DNA of 64,000 nucleotides from Octopus sinensis (Eukaryota): NCBI RefSeq assembly GCF_006345805.1, contig NC_043012.1, positions 36,828,001 to 36,892,000 of the forward strand, read 5' to 3'. Shown piece by piece: positions 1 to 12,677 of this stretch (position 1 is its first letter; each line of letters starts with the position of its first letter). The notes under the pieces were generated by a model. It saw only the letters and a program-made list of their open reading frames with translations, ran no database searches and was not told where the DNA came from. The position numbers and the translations under genes were made by a program.

Positions 1-98
1 GTACCACCTTGTACCTTCTGCCACTTTAGTGACATCTATAAATTTGCCTTCAGGTTGTGAAATTGGTAATATATATATATATATGTATGTCTTTTCAG

Positions 99-245
99 TT
101 TAAGTTCGAACCATTGCTGTACAATTTCGTCAACGAAGTTCGACAGTTTCTGACGCAAGGACCTGTTGACGAAGTGACAGGGAGCAGTCAACACTATTTC
201 TTCAAATCTTGCAGCATTTCCAAACCAATAGAGTACAAGAAGATT
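99..245 (+). CDS. Plexin-like exon (end of C1 GAP segment): FKFEPLLYNFVNEVRQFLTQGPVDEVTGSSQHYFFKSCSISKPIEYKKI
   Basis: tcttttcag acceptor at 98, ATT|gtaagt donor; 147 nt, phase 0-0; EPL..GPVD..TG..IEYK matches plexin EPL..GPID..TG..IDYK. Confidence 0.88.
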
Positions 246-1241
246 GTAAGTCAACCATAACTTCAGCCTGAGAGGGTCTACGAATGTGAATGCATGTGGT
301 AATGTGTAGGGAAGAGATATCGCTTGAGCTGCGTAAAAGAAGGTGAAAGAGAGAGAGAGAGAGAGAGAACGTGGAGGAGAGGAAGAGGCATGAATAGTTT
401 GAGTGAAATGAAAGCAGTGTCTTTCAATAGAAACACGAGATCAGCACACTTGATCAGGATGGTGTGAGGTGGGACAATAAATATTCGAAATGATTGGCTT
501 TGAAATTATATTTAGCGGAACATAGAAGGGATCAATTTTTCTTTTAATTGACTCTGGAATGAGTAATTTTCCTATTAGGAGACCCCACTTCGTTCTTAAT
601 GAGCTATTGTCTATTAACAGATAATAAAGCACAAATAGATTACATACTATTAATAGCAATTAATAGTATGAAATTTAAGAAAATCTCTGTAAAAGAAAAA
701 CCGATATAAATGTTGGTTGGTAGCTTGGCTGATTGGTTTCTCGAGTCACACTTCACATTGTATAGAGTTGTGGTTCTCAACAAGGATCTGTATGACTCCT
801 GTAAGATTTTTGTGGGCTCCACACAAGCAAAATAGTAAATTAGGTCCACAATAGTATTTTATGGGCTCAAGAAAAAAAATTTTGTTTTAGATTTATTTAT
901 TGCAAGAAACTGTTGGTCTTGTTTGACGTTTTACAAAGTCCAGCTTACATAAGTGAATGTGTGAGAAAGAAAATAAGAATTTTGTAAGAAGTAGCTATAA
1001 AACTAGTTTTTAAACATCCAATGGCTATGAATAAAATAGTAATCAAGAGGTTTCACAGGTAAACAAAATGGTTGAGAGCCACTGATACAGAGGTTTGGTG
1101 GCAGACAAAGAGTGAAAGAACACTATACACAGTGAGAGAAAAAGAATCATAGAAACAGAGCTGGAGGGGAGGAGGAGCAGGAGAGAGAGATAGAGATAGA
1201 TAGACAGAGAGAGAGTGAGTGAAAGAGAGAGATAGAGATAG

Positions 1242-1313
<72 letters not shown>

Positions 1314-3549
1314 AACGATAGATTTCTTATGGAAGGAGTTATATAAATGAGAAATTTGTATTGTTTTATTTGAAGATAAATATTTTCTTTAGAAAATTAG
1401 AGTTCATTTTATTGTCCCTTTTTTATAAGCACCAAGAAATTCGCTAAAATCTGAATTACAATTAATTATATGTATTCCATATTTCTTGACATTACCCATG
1501 CTGGCAAAAGTCTACATCCAATGATACCCCTCAAATGATATACAACATTCTAGTTGACTATATATTTTCCAAAATTCGATTTTATATCCACCGTACGTTC
1601 TTGTCAGCAATATATTCTACAACAAAAGAATTACTTAAATTTAATTTGCTAAATTTTCTCGAGTAAAAGACTTGCTTTTATTTTTGTTCGTTTGATCTCT
1701 CTGATGATACAAATCTAAAATATGATTTCTCAACAGAACGTTCAGCTAATCTACACAGGAAGATTTGTTCGAGTGCCTATTCTGTCTTGTGATTCTATCT
1801 CACAACTAAAGACCAAATGTCTTGTGGCTTACCAAGCCGAAAATATCAGCTGTGTCCTGCTCAACCCAGAAGACATTCAAATAGGTAAATTACTGTTATT
1901 TCATCGCCATTTTTACTTCTCTTAATACTATTTGAGAGTGTGTACCCTTATATAAGATATACGGGCCAAGAAGGAGCCTCCATTATGTCACTCGACCTGC
2001 AATAAATAGCAGCCAAAATATCTTTGAACCTACACCTTCCTTTCTTAAAAAGCAGGACATGTTTCATAATGCTGTCCTGGACAAACTGAGTCTAAATACT
2101 CAAAAACGATAATCACAACTGGAACGCCTTTGATAATATCTGCGGTTTCAGCATCGGCTTATGGTTCCTCATACACTTCAGAAAGGCATAAACGCCACTC
2201 AGTCACATTTTCCAATCGTCTGTAAAATGAGAATGGCAAGAGTGTTAGACAAAATGTCTTGTAGCATTTTATGTTCTAGGTTCAAATCCTGCTAAGAGCA
2301 ACTTTGCCTTTCATTCTTTCGGGGTCGATTACATTAAGTACCAGTCAAAAAGTGGAGGAGGGGCTTGATATAAATCAACTGACCCCATTTCCCTAAAATT
2401 ATGGTCTTGAGCATTTATATGAAACGATTATTATCATTGTTGCATTAGCAGAATTGGTAGAGCGATGGAAAAAATATAATATATTATTGGTTCTGGCTCT
2501 TTGTGCTTTGAGTTCAAATTCCGCCAGGGCCAACATTGTCTTTCATCCTTTCAAGGTCGATAAAATAAAGTACCAGTTGAGTACTGGGACTTGTCTCTTC
2601 CCTCAAAATTTCTGGCATTGTGCTAAAATTAGAAATTACAATTATCATTATTATTGTTATTATCAACCACATGGTTCCGGGTTCAGTCCCACTATGTGGC
2701 AACTTGGGCAAGTGTCTTCTAATATAGCCTCGGGATGACCAAAGCCTTGTGAGTAGATTTGGTAGATGGAAACTGAAAGAAGCCCGTCGTATATATATAT
2801 ATATATTATATATATATATATATGCATGTATTTGTGTGTGTTTCTGTGTTTGTTGGCAACCCCCCCCCATTGCTTGACAACCGATGCTGGTGTATTTATG
2901 TCCCTGTAACTTAGCAGTTCGGCAAAAGAGAGAGACTGATAGAATAAGTACTAGGCTTACAAAGAATAAGTCCTGGGGCTGATTTGTTCGACTAAAGGTG
3001 ATGTTCCAGCATGGCTGCAGTCAAGGCTGTATCTTTGAATTATCTGATGGCACTTTCAAGGTAGCAGTGTCTGCCATTTCTTCACTAAAGCTAATTTTCA
3101 TTGAATCTCGACCCCACAATTTCGGGGGAGAAACATGTATATTTAAAGTCAGAAAATGAAGACATCACAAGTAAGATGTTATAAATGTTTTAATCACTGT
3201 CATAAATCGATATATGCGAGAAATAATCGCTAATTTGTATTGATCTGTCTGGTTTTTTTTTGTATGCAGTGTACAGAGGTTCAATTCTGAGCGAATACAC
3301 GGAAGAGGTGGACAGCAATGGCTACTCCTTGATGGCAACGGTCAACATGTACAGTATCAAAGATGGAGATCAGTTGCATTTCAAAAAAGTTGCAAAACCA
3401 GCCACGTCTGATATCGAAACCAGATGTAAGTGATTCTAACCTGGGACCACGTGTTTTGTAACGTTACCCTTAAGTATTTCAAATGCACACACACACACAC
3501 ACACACACACACAGTCATACACATATGCATACACACATGAATACATACA

Positions 3550-3585
<36 letters not shown>

Positions 3586-6500
3586 TGTGCATATGTGCAC
3601 AGTCACGCAGCTACATCCTGCCATCCATCCATTGATACATACATACATACATACATACGTACATACATACATACATTTCACACATACACATATACGTATG
3701 TATATAGATACATACACACACAGTCATATACATATGCATATACACACATGCATGCATACACACACATATATATATATGCGAATATGCATACAGTTACGCA
3801 GCTACATCCCTCCCTCCCACCCTCCCTCCCTCACTCCATCCATCCATCCATTCATACATACATTCATTACATACATGCATTCAAACATACATACGTATGC
3901 ACTCGCACATACACACACATTATGTATGTGTGTACATATGTTTCGATCTAGCTGCCTATCTGCTTGTCTTTATTATCTATCTATAATCTATCTGCCTGTC
4001 TGCCTGTCTGTTTGTCTGTCTGTCTGTTTGTTTATCTATCTATCTATCTCCCTATCTTAGGTGGCGAACTGGCAAAGTCGTCAGACCCGTTGGACAGAAT
4101 AGCTGGTGGTATTTATTACAGTGCCTTGTTCTATGTGTTCAAACCCCACCAAAGACAATTTACTTTTAATCACTGTTAGGGTCAATAAAAGAAGTACCAT
4201 TCCAAGGCGTTGCATTAGCGGAACTGTAAGAATGCCGGACTGGGTGTTGTATTTGTTGTAGCTCTTTGCATTATGAGTTCAAATCCCACCATGGCTACCT
4301 GGGTGGTGGACTGAACTCGTCACCAAGTTTAACACTGGCACCTGGAATGCTGGATGGCTTCAACAGTGTCCACTCTGTTACAAGTGTATTTGGACTAAGT
4401 TCCCATATTGGTGAAACTTCATTCTCTCAGGTCTAACTCTATTGACTTACTGAGATCTAGATCTGGAGTTTTCACTGAATGCAAGCATCTGGATAAGTAA
4501 TTATTATTGCACTGGAGAACACCACCTACTCCTGATAAAGCATACAGCCTCATAAACCTTAACTTTTCCCCTTTGAATTAACCACATCGAGCATTGCTAA
4601 TTCCCGTTCTCACAGGTCAGAGCAACACAGCTCTTATCTCCCTTCCCTCCATATCTTTTTTCTTATTTTCTTTTTGCATTTACTTATTTCTTGTCGTTTT
4701 TTCTTGTTCTTACTCGCTTTTTTTTTACAGCAAGCAATCATGTTGTATTTTGAACTTGAATAGTTGCCTGATAGTACACGGCACGCTATACAAGTACGTC
4801 CGATTATTGTATTATCAGAAGCAAGAAACTTATAGCAGTTCGCATTTAAATTTTGTGTGTATATATATATCTTAATAATATAACAAGAATAACAATAAAA
4901 TTCAGCCAGAAAACAGTCACCAGTTTTTACCAGAATATTTTCAAAGCATTTATTGTGTCTGTAATGAATCTCTTTGACAGATGTCACTCTTGGAGCCAGT
5001 GTTAGTGTTGTATCAAAGAAAGTCAACAAGTCTTATCACTTGGTAAGTTTACTACTGAAATATATTTGACATATGGTGATTGCTTCATCTTCTTGGATGA
5101 TTGTTGCCTCCTTGTGCTTCTTCATTGTGAATAGCATTTCTGACTTTCTGTCCATAACCTCTCTGATGACTAAGTAATCCCGTTGCAAATCTGCAAAGTT
5201 CGAATCATCAGTGACAGACCAAAGTTGTATCTTACTTGTAAACTTGGTGCTACAGAATTCTGTATAAACCAATTATTTCTCTCCAGAACTTGTTCCATCC
5301 TTGCACATGTTTTCCCCTCAAACATCAGTAATAATAAGTTTACAAGGACCAACAGATCCCTTTTATGCTCCCCTACCAGAGCAGTAATATCTGGAAGGGC
5401 TATGGACTAAAACCTTTTGTTTTTGTTTTTGAACTAGTGAAAAAAAAAAAAGCCTCTTGAAGAAATGGCGATTTTGTTAAATTAGCTTCGCAAACTCATG
5501 GTTCTGTATTCAGTCTCACTGAACAGTACCTTGTGCAAGTTCTCTTCTAACACAGAAAAAATTATTTAGAGTTTGAAGCTGATAAAGCAAGATTTTATAT
5601 TGTTCATAACTTCCCCAAATGTATTCGGTCAGTAAATAAAGCTTTCTTAACTGGGGATTGAACCTGTACTACCTGAGCGAAGAAAGGATTGGAAATGAGA
5701 AAATAAGGCTTTTGTACTTTTTCCCCAAGAGCATTAGTTGAAATATTTAAGTGAAACCAGATCGTAGACCCTGATCTTTAAAGACTTATCAGAACATTCC
5801 TTATATAAGAAACTATTACAACATTCCACATCTGGGAACTGAAAACTTATCCTCTCATTCACACCTTCAGTCCTTTAACATCTCAGTTATTAATATAACG
5901 ATTATCTATTTTAAAGGTCGCCGGAGATAAACGAAAAGCTCTATCGGTAAGTGTTAAATTCTGTTGTTTTTTGATGATTTAATGAGAGCGGGAGGAATAG
6001 CAGCCATGACTTGTTTTTTTTTTTTTTTACAGGGATTTTGAGATTAAAGCAAAGAAGGAAGTCATTCACAGTTTAGACATCTGGTGCCAATGTCAATGTG
6101 TCCCTCTGGCATATTCCAGCTCTTATATCAAAGAAACTTGTATCCCCATCTGGGCAGGGGGAGGGGCTTACCATTCATTTTGTGTTGTTGTAGAGCATGT
6201 TGTTGTTGTTTCCTCAGGGATACCATGGGCCAGTAGCATTTTTTCTCATTTTACCATGGTGAATAGAGTCAAAAGCCTTCGAGAAACCAACAAACAGTAA
6301 TGCAGGTTAAAAAGTGTCTGGACAAGCTCGACTCGATGATGGATGATGATGAGACATCTGGCTTGAATGTTTACAGTCGAGTTGGACTTGCTAAAGGTAC
6401 TCAAGGACCAGATGGTGGCATTAAACTGGACGATGGGTTAAGCTATTCTTTTATGAGGAATAACAATGTTCCCCTTGACCCTTCAAGGCTTTCATAACTG

Positions 6501-7160
6501 GTAGAAGTTTGAAATAAAGTTATTCTCCAACTGGAAGCTTGGCCCGAATGCTTACAAATGATTGGACTTTGCTAAAGTTTCTTACTGACCATGCTTAGTG
6601 GGGTGCAAACTTAGGACCTTAATTTTTTGCAAAGTCAATTTTTTTCAATCTTATATCAAAACAAACACAGGTATAATGATGATGATGATGATGGTGATGG
6701 TGGTGGTGGTGGTGGTGGCGGTGGTGGTGGTGGCAGTGGTGATGATGATGATGATGATAACCAGTTGAGCATGTGTCTTAGTGGCTGATGATATGTGGAT
6801 CTCTGATCACGAGCAGAAGTAGTGGAGGAGCATCATAGCAATGTGTTGAGACAAATTCTTTAGGGTTTCGATATTTCACCTCTGGAAACATGGGTGTTTT
6901 GTTCATCATCCTTAAAACAAACCTTATTCAGGGACCTTTTGAATGGGATGAGTTATTTGACTTGAAGAAAATTCTAACTGGGTGCCATCTGCAGGGTCAT
7001 GCGCTGTTTAACTTGATATGAGATCACCATGTCGCACACATAAGGTTGTGATGCATGTGCCTGGTGTACCTATATCAGACGGGTAGTCATGATGGGTATA
7101 TTGGGCTTCGTATATGCGTACCCCAGTGTTACTTTGATGGCATGCACTGCTTCCTCACTC

Positions 7161-7197
<37 letters not shown>

Positions 7198-10100
7198 TTG
7201 TAACATGTCTTATCCTTCACTTGCTCTAGGATACTCAGTGTGTCTTGGCAAGTGATTGTAACAAACATGGAGATTAAAAAGTAAGGAACAATAATAATAT
7301 CCCCAAATTTATGCACCAATCAAAGCTAATAAATCCTATAATTGAAAAGTGATGTTTCAAATTGGTGCAAAAGTATCTCTGTTTGTTTTGGCGATGAAGT
7401 TTTTCATGATGAAGCTCAAAGTGTTTTCATTGGCCCCCCACCCAAACTTTAGGGGATGCGTTTGCACTCCATGCACCTGCTGTTCTGGAGCCTATGTTAA
7501 GGGCCACCTGAACAGGAAATTTATTGCCATTTCCATCATATGGAATATTGTTTGGTTATTTTGTCATATAGGAACATTATTAACAACAGATGCCGGTGTT
7601 AGACTGAACGATAGTTTAAGATAATTATTATGAGGATAAAGGGCAAATGCTTGACCCTTCAGGTCCTTCATGACTGGTCAGAAGTTAAAACAAAGCTATT
7701 TCCAAACCGGGGAACTTGGCTCGAATGCCGAATGCATGCAAATGAATGACCTCCTCCAAAGGCCCCCATGGGCCAAATAGTGGTGTGAGACCGGGTGAGT
7801 TGCTAAGTCTGGCCCCTAAAAAGTTGAGCATCTTTCTTTGAGACCACTTGCAGACACATAATTGGAGAGGGCAATCATTGGTGGAATTACCTTTGTCGAT
7901 TGATGCTAATTTGGATGACAACACTAAATCTAGCAAGGATTGAACTGATAACCCTGAGGTCTTCCACTAAACACGTCGATATATTCAATCCGGTGATCTT
8001 CCATCAGTTTCATCCATTTTAAAATCATTATTTATCTTTCATCTTTCGTTTATTCTCAGACTGTGAACTGTGGCCAAGCTGCAGCACCGCCTTGAAGGGT
8101 TTTAATCAAATGAATTGACCCCAGCACTTATGTTTTCTCTTAAACCCGATATTTATTCTGCTATGTCGAACTGCTAAGTTACGGGGACGTAAACAAACCA
8201 ACACTGCTTGTCAAGGTGTGTGTGGGGTAGGTGGGAGAAACACACGCTCACATATATGACGAGCTTCTTTCAGTTTCCATCTACCAAATCTACTCACATG
8301 GTTTTGGTTGGCCTGAGGCTATAGCAGAAGACACTTGCTCAAGGTGCTTTGCAGTGGGACTGACCCCAGAGCAATGTGGTTGAGAAGCAACCTTCTTACC
8401 ACACAGCCATGCCTGTACCTATTATAAAAATTATTTCAAGATGAATTTTTTTTATTTTGTAAACTCAAATTTTGCTTTCTAAGAATTTCTGGAAATTCCT
8501 TAAACTTTGGTAATTTCTTTTGCTTCTTCAGATGACTGACATTAGCCACATGAAGCTTCCCACAGAACTGGAAGCTCTTCTGCTGAATTTGTTTTCCAAA
8601 GTGCTGGACCAAGCATACACTGCCCCACCTCTAAGATATCTTCACAATTTCTTTATTCATCAAGCATCGAAGTTTTCACTGGACGCCGGAAGCCAATGGA
8701 CAATCAACAGGTAACCCTACCTGTCTTTTAGAAATTTTGCTTTCCTAAACATGCCGTTGTTGATGTTGTTTAGTATTGGTCCTCTATCGGTTACAACGAT
8801 GAGTGTTCCAGTTAATCCAATCTACAGAAAAGCATGCTGGTGATATTGACATGCAAGTGGCCAAGTACTCCATAGACACGTGTACCCTTAATGGTGAGTT
8901 GGCAGAAATGTTAGCATGCCGGGCGAAATGCTTAGCGGTATTTTGTCTGCCGTTACGTTCTGAGTTCAAATACCGCCGAGGTCAACTTTGCCTTTCATCC
9001 TTTCGGGGTCGATTAAATAAGTACCAGTTACGTACTGGGGTTGATGTAATCGACTTAATCCGTTTGTCTGTCCTTGTTTGTCCCCTTCATGTTTAGCCCC
9101 TTGTGGGTAGGAAAGAAACAAGACACGTGAACCCTTAACGTAGATCTCAGGGAGATTCAGCGTGACAAAGCTGGTCCTTTTGATGTACATGTACAACTTG
9201 TTTTTGCCAGCTGAATGCACTGGAATAATGTAAAATAAAGTGTCTTGCTCAAGAACACAATGCACTGTCAGTAATTGAACTCATGACCTTATGATTGTCA
9301 GCTGAATATCCTAACCGCTAAGCTACTCATCCTCCCTGGGATACCCTACATAGTACACTAACACACTTCATCATAGTCCCTCCCTTCTTCTTCCTCCTTC
9401 TCTCACTCTATGATTCGTTCTCTTTCACTCTGTGTATGGAACTTTGTTTAGTTATTGCCTGTCACCAAGCCTAGTATGTGCACTCATGCTGTTGCTTTTA
9501 TGTTAATTTAATATTCCAATCATGAAATTAGCATTAGCTTATTTCACTCTTTCTCGCGGAACTCCTAAGAACCTTTTTTGGGATCCTAGATATCCGGAGA
9601 ACCCCAATTGAGAAACGCTGCTCTAGACAATACACCTGAAGATATTGACCATTATTTATTAAATTAAAACCATTTCTATTATGGATGTTTGTGTATCTAT
9701 TTTCTTTTTCTTCAGTTTTGTTATCCAGATGTGTTCCCAGTTTATTTCTCATCCGAATATTCTTCTGGATATACCCATAGACTTATGTGTCCAGAAAAAT
9801 CTCTCAGCTATTCAATTATACATAAAAGAGGCCCTATTGCGACCTAAATCGATTTCTTCGGTAAGTTAAATATATTTTATTTGATTCTTTCTAACCCAAA
9901 GTATTGTCATGTGACCTAAACGTCCATCTTTGTCTTCAGACTTTTAGTTAGTCCTTGTTTCACTGATAATGTAAAGCTTTCCTTTCATAAGTCCCAAGTT
10001 ATTCTGTTAGTTGTAAAAAATTGGGAATGAATATCCTATATGATGCATGGACTCCAGGGTCATCTATCACAGGACAGAGAAAAAGGTTAATCCCAGAGTA

Positions 10101-12642
10101 TTATATATATTATGTATTATATATATATATATGTGTGTACATATATATATAAAATCTAAACAAAAAATGGAACAAGAAGGTAACAGGTGACAAAAAAACA
10201 TTTGGACTGTAGGTGATACAAAAAAGGACAGGAAAAAACAAGGATGGGTCATTTAGAGCTTTCAATCTTCAGTCAAGAAGCAGATTGTCTTTGCAGTTTC
10301 GGACAGTTAATCTCGAGACTGCTGTAATCTGGCCGGCCCCAAGGAAATCTAAGCTAAGAGCACTAGATTCTTTGGAAGAAAGCAAGTAAGTGTCTGTGTA
10401 TATATAATTATACACATTTGTGTATATGTGCACATGCGCTTGCCTGCGTATCTGTGTAATTTGATGATTTTGATATCGTTAGACATTTTATAATTTTCCG
10501 TTCTGGTCGTCTGCTTATGACGAAGTATTATTTTTAATGTTTCGACTGCAATAATTTCAGACCCACCCCCACCATCAACCAAGAAAATTAAAATTAAAAG
10601 TGATAACTGTTGTCAAATTTGACAATTGCAAATAAAAATAAAACATTTTTTAGAATTTTCATTTTAATGGCTTTTCAAAAAAATGATTTTTTCTTTTTTT
10701 TTCTTTTTTGCAGAAAACATGTCAGGTGGGAAAACAAATCTATGCAATGGTGTCAAGATTTATTACCCAATTAAATGAGCAACCGGAACTCGATAAAAGC
10801 ATTGTGATAAAATCTTTGCAGGAAGCATCGGCAGTAAGTGATGGAACTCATTGTTTAACCTAATTCTTCCCTCATTATAGACATATTCAAAATTCCTGCA
10901 TAATAAAACATAATTCCTGATTAATTAACGAGAAGTGCACGAAGCAGCGTTGATTGCCATATAGTGTGTACAAATATATTTCACATGCTCGTCTACTTTC
11001 AGATGTGTCAAATATAATTGTACACCCCCTACATTTCAATTAGCGTTGCTTAGTGTGTTTAATTAATTCCAAACTGACGAAGTTTTGCATTTATAAGCAA
11101 ATTTAGTATTTGTTGTTTAAATACAAGAGCGGCTGTTCTTAGCAGTCTATGAACAATGGATTCGGTGTTCATAGCTGATGAGGCTTAAGGATGCAGGAAC
11201 ACGTGTCATACAAATCTGTTGATGTCATTCATAGCCCAGTATGATGTGTTTTTTACATGCATCGTCTATAAGAGCAATTTATTTCCCCAAATAATTTTAG
11301 TAGTGAAGGTCTCTCCACGTCTGAGTGTATTTGAATGTATCAAATACAATCGCATTATTGTACCCAGCTATATTTGAAAACATTGCTCTTTGATGTGCCT
11401 GTAGTTAATTGATTGCAGCTTCACTAAGCTTCGTACATTTGAGCAAATTTACTGTTTGCTTTTTAAATGTAAGAACAGTGTTGTTGTGTGATTGCAGGTG
11501 ATGAAACATAACAATGCAGAAACACGTCGTATAGTCTAATGATGCCATTCATAGACCACATTGTGTTTTTCACACACACACACACACTGTCTATTAGGAA
11601 AATTTCTCTTCCAAGACAGTTTCTGTCCAAGGCCTGTCCAAGTGTATACAAGCATGTTAAATATAACTACACAGCTTTACTTTAACCAATACTCCTTACT
11701 GTGTCTCTGGTTAATTAATTCCAGCTTAACTAAGCTTTGTACCCATCAGTAAATACAATATTTGCTGTTTAACTATAAGAACAGCAGTTGTTTCATATGC
11801 TGTGAACGATGGGTCTGGCGTCTGTCGCCAATGAAGCGCATCAGTGCAGTAACTCGTTTCTTTCTGTCCAATGACGTCAGTCACAACTCATTATGGTGTG
11901 TTCTTTTTACACACATCATATGTATAAGAAGAATTTCTCTCCCAAGACAGTTTCCGCAGCAAAGGTCTGTCCATGTTCGAGTGAACACGTGCGTGTTAAA
12001 TATAATTGTGATCGCGTGATCGTGTGATCGACCAGACTGTCAGATGGTGTTATGCCTCGCTGGCCACAATGCACTTTGCATCATTTATGGTTACGAATAA
12101 TGCCACCCTGCTGGCTAGGTGAGCAGACCAACATTCCACCCACCCACCGCCGCGACCGGAAGGATATTCCGTCGTAGGGTGACCCATGTACAGCTGAGTG
12201 GACTGGAGCAACGTGAAGTGAAGTGTTTTGCTCAAGAACACAATGTACCACTTGATCCAGGAATCAAACCCTCGATCAATCACGCTATTGTGAGTGCAGC
12301 ACCCTAACCACTGGGCCACTCCTGTATTATTTTTCATTAGTCTTTCTCCTTCTCCAATATGGCTTGTTGCAGGTGCAAATGAAATATATAACCGAAGGGA
12401 CGCAGACAGGTGCAAATACTTGGAGATGAGAGGAAGAGAGAGAGAGAGAGAGAGAGAGTGAAAGAGAGAAAGAGATAGTAAGAGAAACAGAAAGAGAGGG
12501 AGGAAGAGTGAGAAAGAGAGAAAGGGGGAGAGGGAGAGAGAAGAAGAGAAAGAGAGATAGACAGACAGAAAGAGAAAGATTGTAAGAGAGAAAGCGAGAC
12601 AGAGATAGACAGACAGGATGAGAGAGAACGAAAGAGATAGTA

Positions 12643-12677
<35 letters not shown>

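Noticed and set aside
55-66. Possible 12-nt microexon (ttcag|GTTGTGAAATTG|gtaata)
   Set aside because: The following intron would be only 32 nt; not supportable without upstream context.
6300-6497. 65-aa + strand ORF inside the plexin-like gene
   Set aside because: No plexin similarity or convincing splice context; it is the antisense of a LINE RT remnant.
10255-10290. Minus-strand CTGAAGA-tt-GAAAGCTC hammerhead-like core
   Set aside because: Stem II absent and no GUH or stem I; at most an internally deleted remnant.
11175-11325. C/D-box snoRNA (TGATGA ... CTGA) in array unit 1
   Set aside because: D box is not kept in units 2 and 3, and no terminal stem or recognisable guide.
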